Positions 1 to 8,815 of a DNA stretch of 42,600 nt are shown here, one piece after another. The stretch comes from Blastocatellia bacterium (GTDB lineage: Bacteria > Acidobacteriota > Blastocatellia > RBC074): assembly GCA_031398365.1 (NCBI GenBank), contig JANNND010000007.1, positions 1-42,600 of the forward strand, read 5' to 3'. Both the position numbers and the translations under genes were made by a program. The notes below the pieces were generated by a model. It did no database searches. It was not told where the DNA came from and saw only the letters and a program-made list of their open reading frames with translations. The stretch's first letter is position 1. Each line of letters opens with the position of its first letter.

Positions 1-2
1 TC

Positions 3-88
3 TGTCGCCCCTGCCGGGGCTTGCGGCTACTTCGTCGCTGTTCCCCGGATTGCATCCGGGGCTAATCTCTCGTCGTCCCTCCAGGACT
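3..88. repeat. REP/BIME-like palindromic element with three short GC hairpins
   Basis: GCCCC-TGCC-GGGGC (7-20), CCCCGGA-TTGCA-TCCGGGG (43-61) and a degenerate second GTCGTCCCTCCAGGACT unit (72-88). Confidence 0.6.
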
Positions 89-151
89 CTCTGCGGAAAT
101 TGTTTTTCTTAAAAACTATAATAACCGAGCGCGCGGTACTGTTCCCGTAAG

Positions 152-193
152 TAAAAACGCGTGATGAGCAACCCTCACAATTACTCATCACGC
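152..193 (-). terminator. Intrinsic terminator ending the putative minus-strand ncRNA copy A
   Basis: GCGTGATGAG (159-168) / CTCATCACGC (184-193) perfect 10-bp stem; on the minus strand it is followed by GTTTTT. Confidence 0.6.
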
Positions 194-525
194 ATCCAGC
201 AACACCGGACGTAAACGCCCAGTAAACGTCCGGTCTCACCAGCAAGCGATTAAAATTCCCAATGGCTAAGGACGCTGCCTTCCTGCTTTGACTCGGAGGT
301 TCATTGGTCAAGAGCAGGAGAGTCGCCGCCTCCCAAAGACAAACCGAACGCTGCTGTTGCCGGCAGTGTTGGCGCGCTCTAGCTGCCTTGCGGGTTCCGC
401 ATGCGCTCTCCTCCACTACAACTTTCCCTGGTGAGACCGATGCCATTGGCTGCCGGATGGGTTAAAATAGTGTGTAACTCAACCACGTCAATGGGGCAAT
501 CAGGGTTGTTGTAGCTGCTCTCACT
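152..525 (-). ncRNA. Putative structured ncRNA, copy A (unknown family)
   Basis: Dense long-range complementarity: 416-430 with 501-514, GGTCTCACCAG 232-242 with CTGGTGAGACC 428-438, ACCGGACGT/ACGTCCGGT hairpin 204-234. Has a terminator and is homologous to the element at 6780-6925. No credible protein ORF. Confidence 0.55.
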
Positions 526-693
526 TACTGAAGCGGATTCGTCGGAAAAAAACTGGAGAACAATTTGCGAGGTTTTTCGTGCAAGCCGATTATCTGCGCC
601 CGTTCTGTATTTTGTCTGAGGCGCGTATCTTTTTCGCCGCCGTTGGCAATAATACATGGCGTCTTCCGCCCTCAATCCAGAAAGCAGGTTTTT

Positions 694-3600
694 ATGATCG
701 CTCGTCTTTTGTTTTCCCTCGCCGCTCTGCTCGCTCCGTTTACGCAATCCCCTGACTACGCCAGGCTCAAAGCTGAAGCGGAAAAATTCTATGCCGAAAA
801 ATCCTTCAGCCGCGCGCACGAACTGTATTTGCAGGCGGATCGCAAACAAGTCGCGCCAGACGAATTACGCTGGATTGAGTTTCGTTTAGGCGACACGCTC
901 TGGCGCGCGCAAGCCGCGACGACCACGAACGATGACACGAAGTTCGACTCCGCCCAGCAACAACTGGAATCCCTCATCAAAGAAGGCATTGGCGAAACGA
1001 AAGACCGCGACCGCATCTGGGCCGAAGCGCATGAATCACTGGGCGATTTATTCTGGACGCGACAGAACAGTCGCAATTATGGGCAAGCGTGGCCACATTA
1101 TCAGCAGGCATTGGAGTATTGGGCAGGAACCAAAGACATCGAAACTGCGCGGCAACGGTACGTGAACATCGTCTGGACAATGGCTGATCCACCGAACCGC
1201 GAGCAGTATTATTACTACGGTTATTACGGCAATCATATCTCGCTCGACATCCTCAGTAACGTTCTCAAGATTGCGAACAACGACAATGACAAAGCGCGCG
1301 CACATTACCTGCTGGCGATGACGATTCGTCAACAATACGGTAATGCGGAGCAGATGCAACGTGTGCCGGAAGAATTTGAAGCGGCGCTCAAAACCGGCAA
1401 AGCAAGCGAGTGGTACGACGATGCGCTCTATCACTACGCTGAATGGATGCAGAATCAGGGACGGACGATCATCACGCCTGATGGCGGTTGGCGACACGAA
1501 CAGGATTTTGTCAAAGCTCTGGAATTGTTTCGTCGCCTGACCAGCGAATTCAGCAAAGGGGAAACGCGCTACTTCGATCAGGCCAAATCGTATACGGAAT
1601 CCATCACGAAACCCACGCTCAGCGTGAACACCTCCAATGTGTTTTTGCCGGATTCAGAGATGCAGCTTCACCTGCAATGGCGCAACGTCAAGCAAGTGAG
1701 TTTCGCGCTCTACAAAGTGGATTTGACGCGCGATGTCAGCCTCAGCAGCCGCCGCGACAACTGGCTCCAAAGCATCACGCTTAATGAACGGGTCAAAGCC
1801 TGGACGAAACAAACCGACGACAAAGGCGATTACAAACCCGGCAACGAAGCCGTGCGCATAGACAGTAAATTGCCCGTTGGCGCATACGTTATCGAAGCCC
1901 AAGCGGGTAGCGAAAAGGCGCGCGATTTGTTGCTTGTGACCGACACCACGCTCGTCGTCAAATCCGCAGGCAAACAAACACTCGTGTATTTCTGCAACGC
2001 GATTGACGGCTCGCCGATTGCGAATGCAGCCGTCAAATTGTGGCAGCAGGATTACGAAAACAATCAAACGGTCTGGCATCCATACACGCAACAAACCAAT
2101 CAGGACGGCATTGCCATGATTGATTTGCGCAAGAATCAAAACTCCGCACAACTCTTCGTTGCCGCTTCGCTCAACAATCGCCAGGCGTTCAGTCAAGGCT
2201 ACAGCTACGACAACAACCGTAACCACGACCGCTGGAAGATTTATGCGTTCACGGATCGCCCCGCCTATCGCCCGAAAGAAACCGTGAACTGGAAATTCGT
2301 CGCGCGCAAATATCTGAACGATGCTTATTCGACGCCCGCAAATCAAACGATTGAATACGAAATCACCGACCCGAAAGGCACGAAAGTCAAAGAAGGCAAA
2401 GCCACGCTGAACACCTTCGGCAGCGCGTGGGGAACGCTCGAAATCGCAGAGAATCAACCGCTCGGTCAGTATCAAATTCAGTTCTACGATGCCGGTCGTC
2501 AGAATGGCATCGGCTCGGCTGGGCTTTTCCGCATCGAAGAGTACAAGTTGCCCGAATTCAAAGTCGCGGTTTCGACGCCGGAAGAAAACGGGCAGAAGAA
2601 AGCCTTTAAGCTCGGCGAAAAAGTCGAGGTGCAGGTGCAGGCGGATTATTACTTCGGCGGCGCGGTGAGCAATGCCGACATTGAATTGGTCGTGCATCAA
2701 AACCCCTTCCATCACCACTATCGCCCGACGCGCGATTACGATTGGTATTACGAAGATCAAAGCCGCAATTACTATGGCGGGCGCAACGGGCAAGTCATTA
2801 AGCGCGAGAAAATCAAAACCGATGCAAACGGCAAAGCGACGTTCAGCTTCGACACGCCGCGCAATGCCGGACAGGATTTTGAATACGCCATCGAAGCCCG
2901 CGTGACTGATTCATCGCGCCGCGAAATCACGGGTTCGGGAACCGTGCGCGTGACGCGGCAACGTTACTACGTGTATCCGCAAGCCAAGCACAATCTCTAT
3001 CGCCCGAACGACAAAGTTGCCGCTGACATCAAAGCACTCGACGCCAATAACCAGCCCGTGCAAGCCGAAGGTACGATCAAAGTCACGCGCGATTTCTGGT
3101 ACGAAATCTGGCTTGACGCGAACGGACGTGAAGTCAAAGGCGATGAATCGCGACGCTTGCAAAATCAGGCCGCGGCGATGCGGCAAGCGTTTCCGCCCGC
3201 GAATTGGAAATTGAAATTTCGCGGCTATCAGCACGACGACATCGCTACGCAAACCGTCAAAACCAATGACAAAGGCGAAGCCGAATTCAGCTTCACGCCC
3301 GCGCGCGAGGGCTACTATCGCATCGCGTGGAGCAGTGCGGACAAAGGCACGGCGATTATTCGCGGAGAGACTGCTGTATGGGTCACAACGAACGCGACGA
3401 CGGAACTTGGTTATCGGCACGGGGGCCTCGAAATTATCGTAGACAAAGACACCGCGCGCGCCGGGCAAAAAACGCCCGTGATGATTACGACGCCCGTCAG
3501 CAACCGCTACGTGCTGTTTTCGGTCGAAGGCGAAAGTCTAATGAGTTATCAATTGCTGCATCTGGACGGCACGGCGAAGCTGCTCGAACTGCCGATTGAA

Positions 3601-6600
3601 ACCAAGCACGAACCGAACGTATTTTTGAGCGCGGCGATGGTCAACGAACGGCAGTTGTTCACGGACACAAAACAACTCATCGTCCCGCCCGATCAGCATT
3701 TCCTCAACGTCGAAGTCACGGCGAATCAAGCACAATATCAACCGCGCGAAGACGGCACGTTGACGGTGACGACGAAAGACCGCGACGGCAAACCTGTTGC
3801 AGCAGAAGTTTCGCTCGGCTTGGTAGACGAATCTGTCTTTTACATTCAGCAGGATTTGGCTGGCGATCCGCGCAAGTTTTTCTATGGCAACAAGCGCAGG
3901 CAATACGTGCAAACCCAAAGCTCGTTTCAGCAAAAGCAGTATTTGAAATTGGTGGAAGGCAAGAATAATGAATTGCTGGATGACCGCATTGGCGAAGCGA
4001 AAGAACAACAAGGATACCTAAGACGCGAAGCTTACAAGAACGAGTTCCGCGTTGATGGTGCTGCGGATCGAATTGCGCCGATGAGCGGGGTAATGACGCA
4101 AACAGAAAGCCTCAGCATGAGTGGCGGCGTTGCGGGAGGCAGAGCGCGTGATGCTTCTAATGACCTCCCTATAAATGGTCGCCAATTCAATCAAGTATCT
4201 GAGCTAAAGCAAGTGGCAGCATTTCACGAGCTTGATGTCGCAGCCGTTTATAACGCAAGCCGTCCGTCCAACGTGGTCGTCCGCAATGATTTTCGCTCAA
4301 CCATTTTCTGGCAGCCCGATGTCGTCACGGGCAAAGATGGCAAGGCGACCGTGAAAGTAAAATACCCCGATTCAACCACAAGCTGGAAAGCGACCGCGCG
4401 TGCGGCTTCGGCGCAGAATCAATTCGGCATTGGTGACTGCACAACGCGCACGAAGATGCCGCTGCTCGTGCGGTTACAAGCGCCGCGCTTCTTTGTCGTT
4501 GGCGATCAAGTCATGGTTTCCGCCGTCATCAACAACAACACCGACAAAGCAATGACGGTTGCGCCTTCGATCAATGCGGACGGCGTAGTCGTGAGCGGTT
4601 TGGTGATTGATGGCAAACCAGTCAAAGGCGAACAAGCCCCTGTTAATATTGCTCCAAACAGCGAGAAGCGGGTGGATTGGCTGGTGTCGGTACGAACAGC
4701 AGGCAATGCCAAATTGAAAGTCACCGTACGCAGCGACAAGTTTGGGGATGCGATGGAACGCAGCTTTATCGTCCACGAACACGGCGTCGAAAAGTTCCTT
4801 GCCAAGTCGGGCAAGCTGCGTGGTGATGAAGTCACGATCAAACTCGACTTACCAAAAGAGCGCAAAGCCGAAGCGACGAACCTGACCGTGCAAGTTACGC
4901 CAAGTCTGGCTGTCACGATGCTGGATGCGTTGCCGTACCTGATTGATTATCCATACGGCTGTGTCGAGCAAACGATGAGTCGCTTTTTGCCTGCCGCGAT
5001 CACGGCGAAAACGCTCAAAGACTTGAAGCTTGACCCCGAAGAAGCGATGAGCAAAGTCTTCGGCGGCATCGAACGGCAATTCGTTGGCAAGACGCAGCCA
5101 CAAGGCGCGCGCAGCCTGCATCAAGTGGATGAACTGGTCGAAAAAGGCTTGGCGCGCCTCTACGATATGCAGCACGCGGACGGCGGCTGGGGCTGGTGGA
5201 AGGAAGGCGAGAGCGATCATTTTATGACTGCATATGTCGTGTGGGGAATGTCGCTAGGACAAGCGGCGGATGTGCGTTGCAAAGACGATGTTCTCGCACG
5301 CGCGAGAAACTACTTGGACTCTGCACTTGTGGAGGAAGAAAGCAACTTTGATCAGCAGGCGTGGATGCTACATGCATTAGCGGTAAAACACACTCCCAAG
5401 CCGGGTCCCCCACCAAGAACAATAAAATTCAGCGAATCTCAATTCAAGGCCTTCAATAATCTCTGGAAGAACCGCGAGAAACTAAATGCTTATTCCCGCG
5501 CACTACTTGCTTTGAGCGCACATCATTTCGACCGTACAGAGGAGGCAAAAATCCTCGTGCAGAATTTGGAAAACGGCGTGAAACGCGACCTTGCGCCGGA
5601 CACTTCGATTCTTATCAAAGGCGAACAAAAATCCGATGCGTCCACAATGGGTACGGCGCATTGGGGCGAAGACGGTTTGTCCTATCGTTGGTCAGAGGGC
5701 GGCGTAGAGGCTACGGCGTGGGGGCTGCGCGCGTTGTTAGCGATTGATCCAACCAACAAATTGATCGAACCCGTTACCAACTGGCTCATCAAAAATCGGC
5801 GCGGCGCACAGTGGAGTAACACGCGCGACACGGCGATGGTCCTACTGACGATGAACGAATACTTGCGCACGAGCGGCGAACTGAACACCGAGTTGGAATA
5901 CGAAGTACAAGTCAACGGACAAGCGATTGCGACCAAGAAGTTGACGCCCGCCGAAGTCTTCAGCGCGCCGAGCCAATTTGCAATCAATCGTGAATTCCTG
6001 AAAGACGGCGCAAACGAAATCCGCATCGCGCGCAAGAGCGGCCAAGGCGCGCTCTACTTTGCGGCAAACGCGCAATTCTTCAGCCGCGAAGAAGGTATCA
6101 AAGCAGCAAGCAGTGAAATCTTCGTGAAGCGCGAATACTACAAACTGGTCGGGCGTCCGACGTTGCTGAAAGGCTATGTGTACGACAAGGTGAAATTGAC
6201 CGAAGGCGAGACGGTGAAGAGCGGCGAGCGCATCGAAACCGTGCTGACGATTGAAGCCAAAAACAATTATGAGTATTTGCTCTTCGAGGATTTGAAGCCC
6301 GCTGGCTTTGAAGCCGTGCAATTGCAAAGTGGTCAACCGTTGTATGCGCAACAACTGAAAGAAAGCGATCTCGCCAATTCCGCAATCCGCAATCAGTACG
6401 TTTATCAGGAACTGCGCGACCGCAAAGTTGCTTTGTTTCTGAATCGCTTGCCCGAAGGTGTGTGGCAAATTCGCTATGAGATGCGCGCCGAAACGCCGGG
6501 AACGTTTCACGCGCTGCCGGTGCTGGGACACGCGATGTATGTGCCGGAAATTCGGTGCAATGGCGAAGAGTTGAGGGTAATTGTGCAGGATCAGCAATAA
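694..6600 (+). CDS. Alpha-2-macroglobulin family protein (bacterial A2M) with N-terminal TPR-like extension and intact thioester motif
   Basis: MG2-type FTDRPAYRP, A2M-type VRNDFRSTIFWQP and LQAPRFF, thioester YPYGCVEQT (Cys codon 4960), C-terminal AMYVPE. ATG 694 gives a signal peptide (MIARLLFSLAALLAP); the ORF track's TTG 565 start is unlikely. Confidence 0.95.
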   Translation: MIARLLFSLAALLAPFTQSPDYARLKAEAEKFYAEKSFSRAHELYLQADRKQVAPDELRWIEFRLGDTLWRAQAATTTNDDTKFDSAQQQLESLIKEGIGETKDRDRIWAEAHESLGDLFWTRQNSRNYGQAWPHYQQALEYWAGTKDIETARQRYVNIVWTMADPPNREQYYYYGYYGNHISLDILSNVLKIANNDNDKARAHYLLAMTIRQQYGNAEQMQRVPEEFEAALKTGKASEWYDDALYHYAEWMQNQGRTIITPDGGWRHEQDFVKALELFRRLTSEFSKGETRYFDQAKSYTESITKPTLSVNTSNVFLPDSEMQLHLQWRNVKQVSFALYKVDLTRDVSLSSRRDNWLQSITLNERVKAWTKQTDDKGDYKPGNEAVRIDSKLPVGAYVIEAQAGSEKARDLLLVTDTTLVVKSAGKQTLVYFCNAIDGSPIANAAVKLWQQDYENNQTVWHPYTQQTNQDGIAMIDLRKNQNSAQLFVAASLNNRQAFSQGYSYDNNRNHDRWKIYAFTDRPAYRPKETVNWKFVARKYLNDAYSTPANQTIEYEITDPKGTKVKEGKATLNTFGSAWGTLEIAENQPLGQYQIQFYDAGRQNGIGSAGLFRIEEYKLPEFKVAVSTPEENGQKKAFKLGEKVEVQVQADYYFGGAVSNADIELVVHQNPFHHHYRPTRDYDWYYEDQSRNYYGGRNGQVIKREKIKTDANGKATFSFDTPRNAGQDFEYAIEARVTDSSRREITGSGTVRVTRQRYYVYPQAKHNLYRPNDKVAADIKALDANNQPVQAEGTIKVTRDFWYEIWLDANGREVKGDESRRLQNQAAAMRQAFPPANWKLKFRGYQHDDIATQTVKTNDKGEAEFSFTPAREGYYRIAWSSADKGTAIIRGETAVWVTTNATTELGYRHGGLEIIVDKDTARAGQKTPVMITTPVSNRYVLFSVEGESLMSYQLLHLDGTAKLLELPIETKHEPNVFLSAAMVNERQLFTDTKQLIVPPDQHFLNVEVTANQAQYQPREDGTLTVTTKDRDGKPVAAEVSLGLVDESVFYIQQDLAGDPRKFFYGNKRRQYVQTQSSFQQKQYLKLVEGKNNELLDDRIGEAKEQQGYLRREAYKNEFRVDGAADRIAPMSGVMTQTESLSMSGGVAGGRARDASNDLPINGRQFNQVSELKQVAAFHELDVAAVYNASRPSNVVVRNDFRSTIFWQPDVVTGKDGKATVKVKYPDSTTSWKATARAASAQNQFGIGDCTTRTKMPLLVRLQAPRFFVVGDQVMVSAVINNNTDKAMTVAPSINADGVVVSGLVIDGKPVKGEQAPVNIAPNSEKRVDWLVSVRTAGNAKLKVTVRSDKFGDAMERSFIVHEHGVEKFLAKSGKLRGDEVTIKLDLPKERKAEATNLTVQVTPSLAVTMLDALPYLIDYPYGCVEQTMSRFLPAAITAKTLKDLKLDPEEAMSKVFGGIERQFVGKTQPQGARSLHQVDELVEKGLARLYDMQHADGGWGWWKEGESDHFMTAYVVWGMSLGQAADVRCKDDVLARARNYLDSALVEEESNFDQQAWMLHALAVKHTPKPGPPPRTIKFSESQFKAFNNLWKNREKLNAYSRALLALSAHHFDRTEEAKILVQNLENGVKRDLAPDTSILIKGEQKSDASTMGTAHWGEDGLSYRWSEGGVEATAWGLRALLAIDPTNKLIEPVTNWLIKNRRGAQWSNTRDTAMVLLTMNEYLRTSGELNTELEYEVQVNGQAIATKKLTPAEVFSAPSQFAINREFLKDGANEIRIARKSGQGALYFAANAQFFSREEGIKAASSEIFVKREYYKLVGRPTLLKGYVYDKVKLTEGETVKSGERIETVLTIEAKNNYEYLLFEDLKPAGFEAVQLQSGQPLYAQQLKESDLANSAIRNQYVYQELRDRKVALFLNRLPEGVWQIRYEMRAETPGTFHALPVLGHAMYVPEIRCNGEELRVIVQDQQ

Positions 6601-6629
6601 CTGAAACCCGCAAATTTGAAACCTCCTGA

Positions 6630-6892
6630 CGCCTGCCACGGTGCTGGCACATTGGTAAAAATGGATAATAGAGGCGATGGAAAGTCAGCGAGAGTGGGAG
6701 GACGCTCGCAAGTCGGGGCCAACGAAATACGTGAGTGGTTCCGGTAGTCTCAGCATAACATTGAGCCTACGACGCGTGGCATCCCCCCGCATCAGACATT
6801 TCCCCATTTGAACTACAGCGCTGCCGGCGGGTTCAGACCCGAAGTCTGAGCGTTGCTCAATGGGGTATTCGGGGCGTCTGATTACTCTCACT
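6630..6892 (-). ncRNA. Putative structured ncRNA, copy B (homologue of copy A); 3' end uncertain
   Basis: ATCAGACATTTCCCC 6791-6805 pairs with GGGGCGTCTGAT 6871-6882; TCAGAC-CCGAA-GTCTGA hairpin; shares conserved blocks with 416-558. Confidence 0.5.
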
Positions 6893-6950
6893 AGCTACAG
6901 CGGAGTTATCAGAAAAAAACTGGAGTGCGGGATAAAAATTTTTGAAAATA

Positions 6951-7016
6951 TCTTCACGTAGTAGCGAATTCATTCACTGTTGGGCGCGAGCAAATAAATT
7001 TGCTACTACGTGAAGA
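6951..7016. repeat. GTAG-type REP-like inverted repeat
   Basis: Perfect 15-bp arms TCTTCACGTAGTAGC (6951-6965) / GCTACTACGTGAAGA (7002-7016) with an imperfect inner GAATTCATT/AATAAATTT extension. Confidence 0.7.
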
Positions 7017-7020
7017 GCAT

Positions 7021-7050
7021 TTGCCAAAGCCAAATCCCACCGCGTATGCT
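7021..7050 (+). promoter_or_regulatory. Putative sigma70 promoter for the lactate permease
   Basis: TTGCCA-N18-TATGCT about 45 nt before ATG 7095; GGAG ribosome-binding site at 7083. Confidence 0.4.
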
Positions 7051-7094
7051 GCGCAGCGAAGCAGTATCACACCTTTTCACACGGAGAAAATTCA

Positions 7095-8714
7095 ATGCCC
7101 TGGACTCAAGTCTATTCGCCTGTCGCTGGCAATTTATTACTTTCTGCGCTTGTCGCTGCGATCCCGGTCGTCGTGTTGCTGGGCCTGCTCGCATTCTTTC
7201 ACGTGCGCGCGCACATTGCGGCCATCGTGGGCTTAATCGTGTCGTTATTGATCGCGATTGTGGTCTATCAGATGCCTGTGACATTGGCCTTGGCAGCGGC
7301 GGGAAATGGCGCGGCCTATGGTTTATTTCCGATTGGCTGGATCGTGTTGTGCGCGATTTTTATTTATGACATTACGGTGGAAACGGGGCAGTTTGAAATC
7401 ATTCGCGCGACGATTGCCAACCTGGCCAGCGATGATCGCATTCAAGCGTTAATCATCGCATTTAGCTTTGGCGCATTTATCGAAGGCGCAGCGGGATTCG
7501 GAACCCCGGTCGCGATTTCGGCGGCGATGCTGATTGGCCTCGGCTTCAAACCATTGCTGGCATCCGGCATTGCGTTGATTGGCAACACCGCGCCCGTTGC
7601 CTTTGGTGCTTTAGGAACACCTGTCATTGCGTTGGCGCGCGTAACGGGGCTGCCGCTGGAACAACTGAGCGCGATGATTGGGCGGCAACTGCCGTTCTTT
7701 TCCGTGATCGTGCCGTTCTGGTTGATTTGGGCAATGTCCGGCTGGCGCAAAATGGTGGAAGTTTGGCCCGCATGTCTGACCTGCGGATTGAGCTTTGCTG
7801 TGGTGCAGTTTCTGGTCAGCAATTATCACGGCCCCTGGGTCGTAGACATCGCGGCTTCGATAGCATCCATCGCGGCGATGCTGGTATTGCTCAAGTTTTG
7901 GCAACCACGCGAAATCATGCGGCAACACCAGAACGAAGTCGCCGATGCCAAGCCTTCGACCCGCGCCGCGCTGATTGCGTGGATGCCGTGGATTATCTTG
8001 TCCGTCGTCGTGTTCGTGTGGGGCTTGCCACAAGTCAAAGCGTGGCTGAACAATGTCGGCCTCATCAACTTCACCGTGCCGTACTTGCACAATCAAGTGC
8101 AACGCGTCCCGCCCGTCGTCATGCAGCCCAAAGCGGAAGAAGCGATCTTTGCGCTGAACTGGTTGTCGGCAACGGGAACCGGATTGTTGATTTCCGGCCT
8201 GATTTCGGGCTTGTTATTGGGCTTGAGCCCGATGAAATTGCTGCGGATGTTTGGCAATACATTGTGGCGCGTGCGGTATTCGCTGGTGACGATTGCAGCG
8301 ATGTTGGCACTGGGCTTTTCGACGCGCTATGCCGGATTGGACGCGACGATGGGCTTGGCGTTTGCGAGTACGGGCAGCCTGTTTCCGTTCTTCTCGGCGC
8401 TGCTTGGCTGGCTCGGCGTCGCGCTCACGGGCAGCGACACGTCGTCCAATGTCCTCTTTGGTAACTTACAGCAAATCACCGCGCAACAAGTCGGCATCTC
8501 GCCCGTATTGGCGGCAGCGGCGAACTCTTCGGGCGGTGTAATGGGCAAAATGATTGACGCCCAATCCATCGTTGTCGCAGGCGTGGCAACAGGGCAGGAA
8601 GGCAACGAAGGCGAAATTTTGCGCTATGTGTTCTTTCATAGTTTGGCACTGGCGATTTTGGTCGGCGTGTTGATTTACCTGCAAGCGTATGTGTTTCCGG
8701 GTATGGTGCCTTAA
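7095..8714 (+). CDS. lctP: L-lactate permease (LctP/LldP family)
   Basis: Polytopic membrane protein with [33 protein letters not shown] and GKMIDAQS motifs. Confidence 0.93.
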   Translation: MPWTQVYSPVAGNLLLSALVAAIPVVVLLGLLAFFHVRAHIAAIVGLIVSLLIAIVVYQMPVTLALAAAGNGAAYGLFPIGWIVLCAIFIYDITVETGQFEIIRATIANLASDDRIQALIIAFSFGAFIEGAAGFGTPVAISAAMLIGLGFKPLLASGIALIGNTAPVAFGALGTPVIALARVTGLPLEQLSAMIGRQLPFFSVIVPFWLIWAMSGWRKMVEVWPACLTCGLSFAVVQFLVSNYHGPWVVDIAASIASIAAMLVLLKFWQPREIMRQHQNEVADAKPSTRAALIAWMPWIILSVVVFVWGLPQVKAWLNNVGLINFTVPYLHNQVQRVPPVVMQPKAEEAIFALNWLSATGTGLLISGLISGLLLGLSPMKLLRMFGNTLWRVRYSLVTIAAMLALGFSTRYAGLDATMGLAFASTGSLFPFFSALLGWLGVALTGSDTSSNVLFGNLQQITAQQVGISPVLAAAANSSGGVMGKMIDAQSIVVAGVATGQEGNEGEILRYVFFHSLALAILVGVLIYLQAYVFPGMVP

Positions 8715-8815
8715 AGGCTTGATTGCTTATCATCGCTTCTGAACAATTTTCGCGGTATGATTTGTGGCAGGCGTGAGTTCTCACGACCTGCTTTTTTTAT
8801 GTGTAAGGTGTCTTC

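Noticed and set aside
27-446. 139-aa minus-strand ORF and overlapping 379-849 ORF
   Set aside because: No recognisable protein features; they run through a REP-like element, a terminator and the structured RNA candidate
416-514. Integron attC site (AAC...GTT ends) making A2M a cassette
   Set aside because: The homologous copy B has GAC...GTC ends, the R-box consensus is poor and there is no integrase
152-525. Element A as RNase P, SRP, tmRNA, 6S or cobalamin riboswitch
   Set aside because: Lacks GAGGAAAGUCC, the SRP GGAA-loop/AGCAG helix and tRNA-like ends; the GGGAA and GCCCC motifs are in the wrong order for a cobalamin riboswitch. Judged by eye only.
1654-2793. Long antisense ORFs (e.g. 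1654-2793, 5842-6639, 25502-26236)
   Set aside because: Shadow frames of well-supported genes, expected from codon bias
6730-6790. TPP riboswitch-like GGGG..GCTGAGA..GAACC on the minus strand
   Set aside because: The downstream CUGAU...UAAU...GCG.AGGGA half is missing and no thiamine gene follows
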